Below are positions 1 through 9,362 of a stretch of DNA of 64,000 nt, piece after piece. The position numbers and the translations under genes are program-made. The stretch is taken from positions 12,653-76,652 of the forward strand of contig DCFQ01000103.1 of the NCBI GenBank assembly GCA_002319915.1. The letters are read 5' to 3'. The notes under the pieces are model-generated. The model did no database searches. It saw only the letters and a list, made by a program, of their open reading frames with translations, and was not told where the DNA came from. Positions within the stretch are counted from its first letter, which is position 1, and every line of letters starts with the position of its first letter. This DNA comes from Bacteroidales bacterium UBA1800. GTDB lineage: Bacteria; Bacteroidota; Bacteroidia; Bacteroidales; VadinHA17.

Positions 1-58
1 TGAGGTATGAATTCCGGTACAAGGTGAGCGCCGCAAATCCGAGATATTTTTGATTTTA

Positions 59-1492
59 ATGGAGAAGAAGGCAAAAATATTGACATTGATCTGCCTGGCG
101 GCTGTTTCCCTGACCATGTTGAACGGACAGGAGTCGTCCGGGATTAGGATCACCCGGCTGCCCTTTAACAATGCCTCTTCAAGCGAGATATCACCGGTCA
201 TTTACGGCGACGGCCTCATATTCTGTTCCGACAGGAGGATGAGCGGCCTGGTTGAGAGGACATCATTCGATAACAGGAATCTATACAATCTCTTTAACGC
301 AGCCAGGAAAGACACTGTGTGGTTGAAGCCGGCTGAGATCAAAACCGACCGGAACGGGCTCTTCAATAACGGCCCGCTCTGCGTTTCAGCCGACGGCAAA
401 ACAGTTTATTTTACCAGCGAGAACGAAACAGGCGCCCCTTCGAAAAGCAGGAAATTCCGGAACCGCAGCGGGATCTTTACCGGTGATATTTCAGGCAGCG
501 AAATTGTTTCAATCCGGCCTTTTAAATACAATAACCCAGCCTGGAATTTGGGTCAACCCTCTTTAAGCCGTGACGGGAAATACCTCTATTTCACCTCCGA
601 CATGCCGGGGGGATCCGGAGGTTCGGATATTTACTATTGTGAATTAATTAACAATGACTGGAGCGAACCGGTGAACCTGGGAAGCGTCATAAATTCAGCA
701 GCAGCGGATAATTACCCTTTCATGCATAAGTCGGGCAGGCTCTATTTCTCAAGCAACCGCCAGGGCGGCACCGGAGGGCTCGATATTTACTATTCGGCCA
801 GGACTAAGGAGGGCTCATGGGAAAAGCCCGTCAGGCTCCCGGCACCGATAAACTCGACTGCGGATGATTTTGCTTATGCTGCACAGGATGATCCCGTTAG
901 GGGATTTTTCGCTTCGAACAGGAGAAGGAACGATGATATTTATGAGTTTGAAGTCACTATTATCCGAAAGGAATCCTGTGATTCAATCCAGCAGAATAAT
1001 TACTGCTATGAATTTGTTGAGGAAAATGCAGTAAAATATGATTCAATACCTTTCCGTTATACCTGGAAATTCGGGGACGGGGAAGAGGCAACCGGAAGCC
1101 AGGTGATCCATTGCTTTGCCGGGCCGGGTAAATATCTTGTCGAGCTCGATGTTGTCAATCTTGTCACAAAAGAGGTGAAAGCAAGGGAAAAATCGAGCCT
1201 TCTCGAAGTGCAGGCTATTGAACAACCCTACATTTCGTGTCCCGACAGGGCATTTGCCGGCGAGATGCTGAACTTCAGCGCCGATAGCACCAATCTTCCC
1301 GGCTGGGACGTATCACGTTTTTACTGGAATTTCCAGGATGAGACGGTCGCGACAGGGAAAAATGTTAATAAATCATACAATAAGCCAGGGGCATACAATA
1401 TCCAGCTTATTGTCACTTCAAAGCCTGACGCCGCGGGAAGCGTGAAAGAAACCTGCGTGTCGAGGGACATCACGATCTTAAAAAGGCCATGA
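59..1492 (+). CDS. Secreted TolB-like (PD40 beta-propeller repeat) protein with two C-terminal PKD-like domains
   Basis: ORF track 50..1492 starts at TTG. The first ATG at 59 gives MEKKAKILTLICLAAVSL, which looks like a signal peptide. Repeated S.DGK.LYF.S...GG.GG.DIYY units resemble PD40 repeats. The blocks YTWKFGDGEEATG...GKYLVELDV and FYWNFQDETVATG...GAYNIQLIV resemble PKD domains. Confidence 0.75.
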   Translation: MEKKAKILTLICLAAVSLTMLNGQESSGIRITRLPFNNASSSEISPVIYGDGLIFCSDRRMSGLVERTSFDNRNLYNLFNAARKDTVWLKPAEIKTDRNGLFNNGPLCVSADGKTVYFTSENETGAPSKSRKFRNRSGIFTGDISGSEIVSIRPFKYNNPAWNLGQPSLSRDGKYLYFTSDMPGGSGGSDIYYCELINNDWSEPVNLGSVINSAAADNYPFMHKSGRLYFSSNRQGGTGGLDIYYSARTKEGSWEKPVRLPAPINSTADDFAYAAQDDPVRGFFASNRRRNDDIYEFEVTIIRKESCDSIQQNNYCYEFVEENAVKYDSIPFRYTWKFGDGEEATGSQVIHCFAGPGKYLVELDVVNLVTKEVKAREKSSLLEVQAIEQPYISCPDRAFAGEMLNFSADSTNLPGWDVSRFYWNFQDETVATGKNVNKSYNKPGAYNIQLIVTSKPDAAGSVKETCVSRDITILKRP

Positions 1493-1515
1493 GAGACAAA
1501 ATATACCAGATCTGA

Positions 1516-2517
1516 ATGAAACTGAAAAACACAATACTGAGGATCCTCCTCCTGATTACCATATCAGGATTTCTGCCGCACGGTGAAGCGAGGGGACAGG
1601 CAGTCCCGGGGAAGGATGAGAATATCCCGTTCCTGGTCACCTTTGGCAAAGAGGGTCAGACTTCATGGGGAGATGCAAATTTCTACTCAATATTCTTCTT
1701 TACGATACCAAAGGATTTCAACAGGCAGTTTTACATCAAGGTGTTTGACCCGGATGTCGGAGGCGAGAATGATGAGATCCAGGGTGTTTTTGACTCTAAG
1801 ACCAGGTTCTCGGTTTACGGGGGAAAAGGGATAGATCCGGATAAACATATAGAATCGAGGGGGCTGAAGAAGACCGACAACCTGAGGCTGGGCAACCTTC
1901 TGGCTTCGAAGGTTTTCGGGATCGAGCCAAAGTATGACAATAAGTACTATGCTTTCGGGCCTTTCAATCCCACTGAAGGAGAGTACAATGAGAAGTGGAA
2001 AAGCTATATCTTCAAAATTGTCTGTGAGGGCATATCCGGTGACGACGGGAACATGTACCGCTATTTCCTGAGCCGGGATGCAAATAATGATCTGGCAATC
2101 GAGGGAGCCAATGGATTTACATATTCCTATACCCTCAGGCTGTGGAACGACATAAAGAGCGTTTCCCACATTTATCCGTATGTCGACACCGGGATCGTAT
2201 CCATCAAGCTCAGGAACTTTGACTGGGATGATGACGGATCGATTCTCGTGGTCTCGACATATAAGCAGGGTATCCCTGTTCCCATATCAAATGAGGATGA
2301 CTGGAAGGAGGCTGTAATCCTGATACAGCCTGAAGAAATAGGAAAATCCCTTGATTTTCAGTTTCATAAGAAGCAGGATTACCTTGTCAGGAATAATAAC
2401 GTGGTAGTGACGATAGAAAACCAGCGGGGTGATGCCCTCCAGTTCTTCAGCTCACCGATCGGTGGTGTACCGGTCTACCAGCCTGCAGTCATGATCAGGA
2501 AAGTTCAGAAAAAATAA
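1516..2517 (+). CDS. Hypothetical secreted protein (no family recognised)
   Basis: 333-aa ORF with an ATG start and a hydrophobic N-terminus (ILRILLLITISGF). It lies 23 nt after the upstream gene and 11 nt before the downstream gene, so co-transcription is likely. Confidence 0.6.
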   Translation: MKLKNTILRILLLITISGFLPHGEARGQAVPGKDENIPFLVTFGKEGQTSWGDANFYSIFFFTIPKDFNRQFYIKVFDPDVGGENDEIQGVFDSKTRFSVYGGKGIDPDKHIESRGLKKTDNLRLGNLLASKVFGIEPKYDNKYYAFGPFNPTEGEYNEKWKSYIFKIVCEGISGDDGNMYRYFLSRDANNDLAIEGANGFTYSYTLRLWNDIKSVSHIYPYVDTGIVSIKLRNFDWDDDGSILVVSTYKQGIPVPISNEDDWKEAVILIQPEEIGKSLDFQFHKKQDYLVRNNNVVVTIENQRGDALQFFSSPIGGVPVYQPAVMIRKVQKK

Positions 2518-2528
2518 GTTAAGAATAA

Positions 2529-5500
2529 ATGAATCTCAATTGCTTCAGAAGGCTCCGTTTCTGCACAATATTCTTTTTGTGCCTTTTAGCCCCGATCGTT
2601 TCGGGTCAGTCGTTCAGGTTCAGCACATGGAACACCGGAAACAAGCTGCCCGGTGATGTGGTGTATTCACTCAACCAGGATGCCAGCGGCTACTTGTGGG
2701 TCGGAACAGCCTCCGGGCTCTCGAGGTTCGACGGCTTCGATTTTTACCGAGTCGCCTTTCCCGATTCAGCCTCCGACCGCTACCCCACGGCAACCCTTCG
2801 GGACAAGAAAGGAGTGCTGTGGTTTGGTTTCAACGACGGTACGGTTTTTTATGCCTCCGGCAGGTCACTTCAGCAGGTCAGGCTGCCTGGTTCCTCCGGG
2901 TCGGGCATCAGCTCGCTGATGCAGGATAAGGACGGGTTCATCTGGGCGGCGGCACAGAAGAAGCCGATCTTCAGGATAGATCCCGCCAATCCATCTGACG
3001 GGAGGAGGATAGGCCTTGACAAGGATCCGGTGATATTCTCGGCATGCCTCGGGCCGACAGGGGAGATCCTGCTGGGTACCCAGGAGAATATGCTGGTGTG
3101 CAAGCCGGAACGGGATTCCCTTGCTGTCGCCGGGACCGTTGAAGGGTTTGAATTTTCCGCAGTCACTTCGATCATCAGGCTGAATAACGGCCGGTACATG
3201 GCGGGAACCGATGGAAACGGCCTGTTCATGTTGTCGGACCGGAGCGGGGCTCTTGTACCGTCGAGGCTTTCAGGGTATCCCGGGCTTGGATCGCTGACCG
3301 TAAAGGCCCTGACTGAAGATGCGGGAAGGAACCTTTGGGTATCTACTTCCGGAGAAGGGATATTTAAACTAGAGTTCGGGCAATCGGGAGATTCGCTTAA
3401 GAGCGTGCAGCAAATGACAAAACTATCCGGCCTTCCTGGAGATAATGCAAACCTGGTGTTTCCGGATTCCCAGGGTAATATCTGGATAGGGTTCAACGGA
3501 TCGGGCCTTTCTGTCCTCAGGACGGATGCTTTCCGGTTCCTGGCCCCCGGCAGGGACGGATTGCCGAATAACATACTTTTTGCTGGAAAGCTGAAAAACG
3601 ATTATATCCTGGGAACTCCATCCGGATTTTACCTTTTTGACCTGCAGAGCGGGAAGACCCGGTCATTTGTTTCTCTCCTGAAGGAGACCGGGCGAAGTGA
3701 AGCAAACTCCTATTATATTGACAATGAAGGTAATCTATGGATCGGCACCAAAGGAGACGGTCTTTTCGTCAGAACCCCCGGAGGGAGCGTCAGCCGGTTT
3801 TACAGGTCAGGTGATACTGGTTCTGATTTCATAAATGATATTAAATCCGACGGGGTCAACATCTGGCTGGCAACGCTGAACGGGGTCAACATCCTTTCCC
3901 TCAGGACAAGAGCCCTCAGGGTAAGGTACAATATGGACAACGGCCTGCCTCACAACAGCATCAATCAGATCCTCATAGGGTCTGACGGGTCGGGCTATGC
4001 AGCCACCGAATGCGACCGGCTTTACAGGATAGTTCCCGATTCGGGCATATCGTCATCGCAGGGGATAATGTACGGCACGGTGTTAAACAAGGTACTTGAC
4101 CTTGCCCGGACAAGTGACGGAACGATTTGGGCAGCAACCCAGGGAAACGGAATTTTCGGATGCAGGGGTGATTCCGTGAAAGCAGTCACCACCTCAAACG
4201 GACTATTGTCAAACTATACCTACAGCATCCTCGCCGACAGGGAGGACAATATCTGGATAGGGCATGAAAGGGGAATTTCGAGGTACAATCCTGCGACAGG
4301 AGTGGTAAAAGTCTACCAGAGTGATTTTGCCAACGGCGGCTCATGCAACCTGCACGCAATATCCGAATCGCCTGACGGCAAGGTTCTTATCGGCACACAT
4401 GAAGGGCTGATAGTTTATGACAGGACAAGGGACAGGAAAAGCCTGTCAGCGCCTGTCAACAATATCAATTCCGTCATAATCAATGACGTGGTGTATCCAT
4501 ATCAGGTTTCATACACTCTTCCTTACAGGAAGCACTATACAGTCAGGATAAATTATACAGGGATAGACCTGGCAAACCCTGAAAAGGTCTATTACACCAC
4601 CATGCTGAGCAATTATGACAATGACTGGACCAAGCCCGGCTTTTCCCGTGAGGTTACCTACAGCCTCCGCGACGGGAAATACAGGTTCAGCCTTCTGTCG
4701 GTGAATGAGGAAGGGCTGACCCAGGATAATCCGCTGTCGTTTGAGATAATGATAGCCAGGCCTGTCTGGCGGACATGGTGGTTCATCGTCTGCATGGCAG
4801 CCGCTGCAGTCGGGGCAGTTGTCCTGATAATCAGGGTGAGGGAAAGGGCGCTCAGGAAAAGGGAGGAATACCTTGAACAGGAACTGGATGCAAGGACCGC
4901 TGTGGTCAGGAAACAGAAAAATGAAATTGAACTTCAGAACCTCGAAATCACCGACAGCATCAATTACGCCAAAAGGATCCAGTCAAGCATCCTTCCAGGC
5001 ATCGACGTGCTGAAGGAGCATTTCCGGGACGCCTTTGTCATGTTCCACCCGCGTGATATCGTAAGCGGTGACTTTTACTGGTTCGAAAAGGTCGAAGACG
5101 ACAGGTTCATCCTGGTTTGTGCCGATTCGACAGGGCATGGTGTCCCCGGGGCATTCATGTCGATGATAGGTTCGACATTGCTTCAGGATATAGTTTCGCG
5201 GCAGCGTATATTCAAACCTTCCGAAATATTGTCGCTGCTCGATAAACAAATCTTCTCAACGCTGAATCAGAACCTTGAGGTAGGCGTTTCCAACGACGGC
5301 ATGGATATAATTGTATGTGAGTTCACAAACAACAACAAGCATATCCGGTTCGCCTCCGCCATGAGGCCCGTTATAATAGTAATGGGAGGCGAGACATATT
5401 ACATCAAGGGAAACAGGGCATCAGTCGGCGGACAGTCAGTAATCGAGAAGTATTTTGATGACCAGGAGTACTACCTCAATGAAGGTGATGCCATCTATAT

Positions 5501-5699
5501 GTTTTCCGACGGGCTTCCCGACCAGTTTGGCGGCCCCGACGGCAAGAAGATGAAGATCTCGCGTCTTAAGAACTTCATATCGCAGATATCATCATTCGAG
5601 ATAAAGCGCCAGGAAGAGGAGATCTCAAGGTTCTATTTTGAATGGAAGGGTGATTATGAGCAGGTTGATGATATCCTGCTGATGGGAGTAAAGGTGTGA
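2529..5699 (+). CDS. Membrane sensor with periplasmic two-component-regulator propeller/Y_Y_Y region, one TM helix, a coiled coil and a cytoplasmic SpoIIE/PP2C phosphatase domain
   Basis: Repeated G.LWVGT..GL..(F/Y) propeller units and a Y_Y_Y-like block (YTVRINYTGIDL...YYTTMLSNYDNDW). TM segment WWFIVCMAAAAVGAVVLII. PP2C motifs SGDFYWF, CADSTGHGVPGA, NDGMDI, FSDGLPDQ and VDDILLMGVKV. Confidence 0.8.
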   Translation: MNLNCFRRLRFCTIFFLCLLAPIVSGQSFRFSTWNTGNKLPGDVVYSLNQDASGYLWVGTASGLSRFDGFDFYRVAFPDSASDRYPTATLRDKKGVLWFGFNDGTVFYASGRSLQQVRLPGSSGSGISSLMQDKDGFIWAAAQKKPIFRIDPANPSDGRRIGLDKDPVIFSACLGPTGEILLGTQENMLVCKPERDSLAVAGTVEGFEFSAVTSIIRLNNGRYMAGTDGNGLFMLSDRSGALVPSRLSGYPGLGSLTVKALTEDAGRNLWVSTSGEGIFKLEFGQSGDSLKSVQQMTKLSGLPGDNANLVFPDSQGNIWIGFNGSGLSVLRTDAFRFLAPGRDGLPNNILFAGKLKNDYILGTPSGFYLFDLQSGKTRSFVSLLKETGRSEANSYYIDNEGNLWIGTKGDGLFVRTPGGSVSRFYRSGDTGSDFINDIKSDGVNIWLATLNGVNILSLRTRALRVRYNMDNGLPHNSINQILIGSDGSGYAATECDRLYRIVPDSGISSSQGIMYGTVLNKVLDLARTSDGTIWAATQGNGIFGCRGDSVKAVTTSNGLLSNYTYSILADREDNIWIGHERGISRYNPATGVVKVYQSDFANGGSCNLHAISESPDGKVLIGTHEGLIVYDRTRDRKSLSAPVNNINSVIINDVVYPYQVSYTLPYRKHYTVRINYTGIDLANPEKVYYTTMLSNYDNDWTKPGFSREVTYSLRDGKYRFSLLSVNEEGLTQDNPLSFEIMIARPVWRTWWFIVCMAAAAVGAVVLIIRVRERALRKREEYLEQELDARTAVVRKQKNEIELQNLEITDSINYAKRIQSSILPGIDVLKEHFRDAFVMFHPRDIVSGDFYWFEKVEDDRFILVCADSTGHGVPGAFMSMIGSTLLQDIVSRQRIFKPSEILSLLDKQIFSTLNQNLEVGVSNDGMDIIVCEFTNNNKHIRFASAMRPVIIVMGGETYYIKGNRASVGGQSVIEKYFDDQEYYLNEGDAIYMFSDGLPDQFGGPDGKKMKISRLKNFISQISSFEIKRQEEEISRFYFEWKGDYEQVDDILLMGVKV

Positions 5700-5703
5700 T
5701 CAG

Positions 5704-6222
5704 CTATCGTTTGTAGGTCCCATCGACCGCTACCGGGATCAGGCTTGTGGAGTCAGTATTGCTGACATGCCCTGCCCTGTCCTTGATAAAGAAGTTGTAT
5801 TTGATCGTGTCCTGGTCGGAATAAAAAAGGTAGGTAAAATCAACTTCAATTGTGCCCTTCAGGATCTTATTCTGGCCCGGCCGTTCCATGTAGGGAATCC
5901 TGAAACCGGTAGGCTTGAACGGATCGTTAACCGGGGCAGGCGACACGGTGCCGTTCCGCTGCCTGTACAGGGTCATGAAAAGATTAATCGAATCAGTCTG
6001 TGAAGTAGTGGGGGGCTGAAGCCCGATGTCGCCGTCACCGTCCTCAAATCTGAAATTAAGCGTCCCGCCCTTCACTGAATTTCCAAGCATATCAATGGTG
6101 TCGTAGATCCTGAAATCGGTAAAAGTGATATGCGGCACCACAGGCAATACCTGAACCTTAGTGCAGGACGCTGCAAGCAGGATAAGCAAACCAGGTAAAA
6201 CACTCCGGAACTTTGATTTCAT
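5704..6222 (-). CDS. Hypothetical lipoprotein
   Basis: 172-aa ORF with an ATG start and a lipobox-like LLAASC after a basic N-terminus. It sits downstream of der on the same strand. Confidence 0.6.
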   Translation of the reverse strand: MKSKFRSVLPGLLILLAASCTKVQVLPVVPHITFTDFRIYDTIDMLGNSVKGGTLNFRFEDGDGDIGLQPPTTSQTDSINLFMTLYRQRNGTVSPAPVNDPFKPTGFRIPYMERPGQNKILKGTIEVDFTYLFYSDQDTIKYNFFIKDRAGHVSNTDSTSLIPVAVDGTYKR

Positions 6223-6270
6223 TTATAATCCTTGACAAGCTTCTTACATCAAAAAGCACACCAAAGTAAA

Positions 6271-7575
6271 CTATTTTTTTCGGAAAAAGATCCTTATTGG
6301 CACACCGGAAAAATCAAATTTTTCCCTCATCCTGTTCTCAATGTACCTTTTGTAAGGTTCCTTGATATACTGTGGAAAATTGCAGAAGAATGCAAATGAC
6401 GGCGAATAGGTTGGCAGCTGTGTTACGTATTTGATCTTTATGTACTTGCCTTTTGAAGCAGGCGGCGGGTAGTCCGCCACAATTCCCAGCATTATCTCAT
6501 TCAGCTCCGACGTGGGGATCTTCCTCCTCCTGTTGTCATTTACCCTGTCGATGAGTTCAAGGATATTGTGGATCCTCTGTTTTGTGATCGCGGAGATGAA
6601 GAGTACAGGGTAATCGGTGAAGGGGGCAGTCTTGGCTTTGATCTCCTTCTCAATCAGAAGGGTAGTGTTGTTCTCCTTCTGTATCAGGTCCCACTTGTTT
6701 ACCAGGACGATCATCCCCTTGTTGTTCTTTTGAATGAGCGAGGTTATGTTAAGATCCTGGGACTCTATTCCCCTTGTTGCATCGATCATGAGGAGGCATA
6801 TGTCAGACTTTTCAATGGTCCGCACAGCACGCATAACAGAGTAGAATTCCACATCTTCCGACACCTTCCCTTTTTTTCTCAGCCCGGCAGTATCGACGAG
6901 AAAGAAATCATGGTCGAATTTATTGTACCTGGTGTAGATCGAATCTCGGGTTGTCCCTGCAAGAGGTGTCACTATGTTCCTTTCTTCGCCCAGGAGTGAG
7001 TTGGCCAGGGATGATTTACCGACATTAGGTCTTCCGACTATCGCCACCCTGGGAATCTCCGGGAACTCCTCCTCTTTCTGGACAGGCAGGCCGGCTACCA
7101 CCTTATCCAGGAGATCTCCCGTCCCGCTGCCGTTTATCGAGCTGAGCGCAAAATAGTCCCCAAGCCCCAGCTTGTAGAACTCCGTCGCGTCGGCGAGACG
7201 CTCCCCGTTGTCAACCTTGTTCACCACAAGAATGACAGGCTTGCCGGATCTTCTCAGCAGATCGGCCACCGATGTATCGAGTTCGTGTATCCCTGCCGTC
7301 ACATCGACCATGAAGAGGATGAGATCAGCCTCCGCTATTGCGAGAAGGACCTGCTTGTTAATCTCCCCTTCAAATATGTCATCGGAATTCTTCACATATC
7401 CGCCGGTGTCGATAAGCGAAAAATTGACTCCGTTCCAGAGAACGGTACCGTAATTACGGTCACGCGTCACCCCGCTCGATTCATCAACAATTGCCTCCCG
7501 CGATTCCGTAAGCCGGTTGAAGAGGGTCGATTTCCCTACATTTGGTCTTCCAACTATTGCTACAATGCTTCCCAT
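6271..7575 (-). CDS. der: Ribosome-biogenesis GTPase Der (EngA), two tandem GTPase domains plus a KH-like C-terminus
   Basis: Two G1 motifs, [16 protein letters not shown] and [16 protein letters not shown], with DTGG/DTAG and NKVD/NKWD boxes. The track start 7587 is TTG. The ATG at 7575 gives the typical [16 protein letters not shown] start. Confidence 0.95.
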   Translation of the reverse strand: MGSIVAIVGRPNVGKSTLFNRLTESREAIVDESSGVTRDRNYGTVLWNGVNFSLIDTGGYVKNSDDIFEGEINKQVLLAIAEADLILFMVDVTAGIHELDTSVADLLRRSGKPVILVVNKVDNGERLADATEFYKLGLGDYFALSSINGSGTGDLLDKVVAGLPVQKEEEFPEIPRVAIVGRPNVGKSSLANSLLGEERNIVTPLAGTTRDSIYTRYNKFDHDFFLVDTAGLRKKGKVSEDVEFYSVMRAVRTIEKSDICLLMIDATRGIESQDLNITSLIQKNNKGMIVLVNKWDLIQKENNTTLLIEKEIKAKTAPFTDYPVLFISAITKQRIHNILELIDRVNDNRRRKIPTSELNEIMLGIVADYPPPASKGKYIKIKYVTQLPTYSPSFAFFCNFPQYIKEPYKRYIENRMREKFDFSGVPIRIFFRKK

Positions 7576-7587
7576 CGGTATGTTCAA

Positions 7588-8466
7588 TTATCTGTATCCG
7601 AACCTCTTAAGAATATTCGGCTTGTCCCTCCAATCTTTTGTCACTCTGACATGGAGCTCAAGAAATATCTTCCGGCCAAAAAAATCCTCCATGTCGATGC
7701 GTGCCTCGGTTCCGGTTTTCTTCAGCATTTCCCCCTTGTGCCCGATGATTATGCCTTTCTGGCTGTCGCGGACAACATGTATTGTTGCACTGATCCTTGT
7801 CAGATTCCCTTCATCCCGGAAGCTCTCGATCCCGACCTCGACAGAATAGGGGATCTCCTTCTGGTAGTTCTTCAGAATCTTCTCACGTATGATCTCGGAT
7901 GCAAAGAACCGTTCCTGCCTGTCGGTAAGCTGATCCTTGGGAAAGTATGGCTCCCCTTCTGGAAGCTTTTCGAGTATCGTTTCAAGCAGCTTGTCAAGGT
8001 TGAAACCCTTAAGGGCTGAAACCGGGATCACCAGGGAACCCGGCATTCTTCCTTCCCACTCACTGATCAGGGCGGTTACGGCATCCTGCGTGCTCAGGTC
8101 GATCTTGTTCAGTACGACGATCACCGGAACCCCGGTCTTCCTGATCTTGCCGAGATAGACGTCATCAGGCGTTTCCCTGTCGGTAACATCAAGGACATAA
8201 ACAAAGACATCGGCGTCCGTCAGGGCCATGTTAACCGAATTCATCATCGTTTCCTGGAGCTTGTACCTGGGCTTCAGGATGCCCGGAGTGTCGGAGTAGA
8301 CAATCTGGAAATCGTCACCATTGACGATCCCCATTATCCTGTGCCTCGTTGTCTGTGCCTTGGGGGTTATTATGGACAGTTTCTCCCCCACGAGCGAATT
8401 CATGATGGTCGATTTCCCTGCATTGGGGCTACCGAGAATGTTGACGAATCCTGACCTGTGAATCAT
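7588..8466 (-). CDS. era: GTPase Era
   Basis: GSPNAGKST (G1), DTPG and NKID boxes. The C-terminal KH domain has GKGG-like IIIGHKGEMLKKTG. The gene lies directly upstream of der. Confidence 0.95.
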   Translation of the reverse strand: MIHRSGFVNILGSPNAGKSTIMNSLVGEKLSIITPKAQTTRHRIMGIVNGDDFQIVYSDTPGILKPRYKLQETMMNSVNMALTDADVFVYVLDVTDRETPDDVYLGKIRKTGVPVIVVLNKIDLSTQDAVTALISEWEGRMPGSLVIPVSALKGFNLDKLLETILEKLPEGEPYFPKDQLTDRQERFFASEIIREKILKNYQKEIPYSVEVGIESFRDEGNLTRISATIHVVRDSQKGIIIGHKGEMLKKTGTEARIDMEDFFGRKIFLELHVRVTKDWRDKPNILKRFGYR

Positions 8467-8478
8467 AGGCTATGAAGG

Positions 8479-9270
8479 CTAAAACATTCCTCTTTTAAGC
8501 ATAGATATTTCCTTTTCCGAAAGGTATCTCCATTTCCCGCGCTGAAGGTTCTTTTTTGTGAGTCCGGCAAAGTAGACCCTGTCGAGCTTCCTGACATCGT
8601 AACCAAGCTTTTCGAAGAGCCTTCTTACAACCCTGTTCTGACCCGAATGAAGTTCAATCCCGATCTGAGTCTTATCTTCCGGATCTGCAAATGAAACTGC
8701 GTCAGCAACAATCGTTTCACCTTCAAGCTCTATCCCCTCTGTCAGCCGCTCAAGATCATTCTTGATGACGGGTTTGTCGAGGAAGACGTGATATATCTTT
8801 CTTCTCTGGTACCTCGGATGTGTAAGGCGGCCTGTCAGCTCGCCGTCATTGGTCAGCAGCAGGACCCCGGTTGTCGATTTGTCGAGCCTTCCGACCGGGT
8901 AAACCCTTTCGGGGCAGGCGTCACCGATAATTTCGAGAACTGTATGGTCGGCATGCGGATCTTCGACCGTCGTGACATAGCCTTTCGGCTTGTTCATCAG
9001 AATGTAGACCTTTTTCTCCGACTTAAGCTTTTTCCCCCTGAACCTGATATCATCCCCGGCCGATACCTTTGTGCCCAGCTCTTTAACGGTCTTCCCGTTC
9101 ACACTTATTAAACCCCTGGTGATAAGGTCATCTGCTTCCCTCCTTGAACAGACGCCGCAGTTCGCAATAAACCTGTTCAGCCTTACGGGCGGATCAACTT
9201 TTTGTTTTTCCGGGTTTACGGTCCTGCTCTTTCCCGGTTTGGTATTCCGCCTTACTGGTCTCTTCTCCAT
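8479..9270 (-). CDS. S4-domain pseudouridine synthase (RsuA/RluB/RluE/RluF family)
   Basis: Basic N-terminal tail and an S4 motif (RLNRFIANCGVCSRREADDLI). Catalytic block YPVGRLDKSTTGVLLLTNDGEL. Confidence 0.85.
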   Translation of the reverse strand: MEKRPVRRNTKPGKSRTVNPEKQKVDPPVRLNRFIANCGVCSRREADDLITRGLISVNGKTVKELGTKVSAGDDIRFRGKKLKSEKKVYILMNKPKGYVTTVEDPHADHTVLEIIGDACPERVYPVGRLDKSTTGVLLLTNDGELTGRLTHPRYQRRKIYHVFLDKPVIKNDLERLTEGIELEGETIVADAVSFADPEDKTQIGIELHSGQNRVVRRLFEKLGYDVRKLDRVYFAGLTKKNLQRGKWRYLSEKEISMLKRGMF

Positions 9271-9289
9271 GCTTTCCTGAATCAGGGTG

Positions 9290-9297
9290 CAAAGTTA
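9290..9297 (-). promoter_or_regulatory. Candidate Bacteroidota -7 box (TAACTTTG on the minus strand) for the pseudouridine synthase-era-der transcription unit
   Basis: Plus-strand caaagtta reads TAnnTTTG on the minus strand, 20-27 nt upstream of the ATG at 9270. I saw no well-spaced -33 TTTG. Confidence 0.3.
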
Positions 9298-9303
9298 CAA
9301 TTA

Positions 9304-9335
9304 TTTGACAATATTACGATTTCAGCTTATTTTTG
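9304..9335 (+). promoter_or_regulatory. Candidate Bacteroidota sigma-A promoter for glmM (TTTG-N20-TATTTTTG)
   Basis: tttg at 9304-9307 and tatttttg at 9328-9335 match the -33 TTTG and -7 TAnnTTTG consensus with 20-nt spacing. They end 28 nt upstream of the ATG at 9363. Confidence 0.45.
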
Positions 9336-9362
9336 CTTCCTTAAAACTTAAAACTGCCTACA

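Noticed and set aside
50-58. ORF-track starts at non-ATG codons (50, 7587, 41818, 44129, 44379, 47150, 53457, 56865, 59008, 60664)
   Set aside because: Each is a TTG or GTG with a nearby in-frame ATG. The ATG gives a more typical N-terminus (signal peptide, Rossmann or G1 motif) or avoids running into a repeat or promoter element. The ATG starts were used instead, but they remain unverified.
7285-8019. 244-aa plus-strand ORF overlapping der and era, and similar long antisense ORFs at 2870-3574, 9870-10439, 12112-12936, 51422-52096, 58334-58933 and 61245-61895
   Set aside because: Each lies wholly antisense to a CDS with strong family motifs. Their translations are low-complexity and Arg/Ser/Pro/Gly-rich without recognisable domains. 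Such shadow ORFs are expected opposite long genes in moderately GC-rich DNA.
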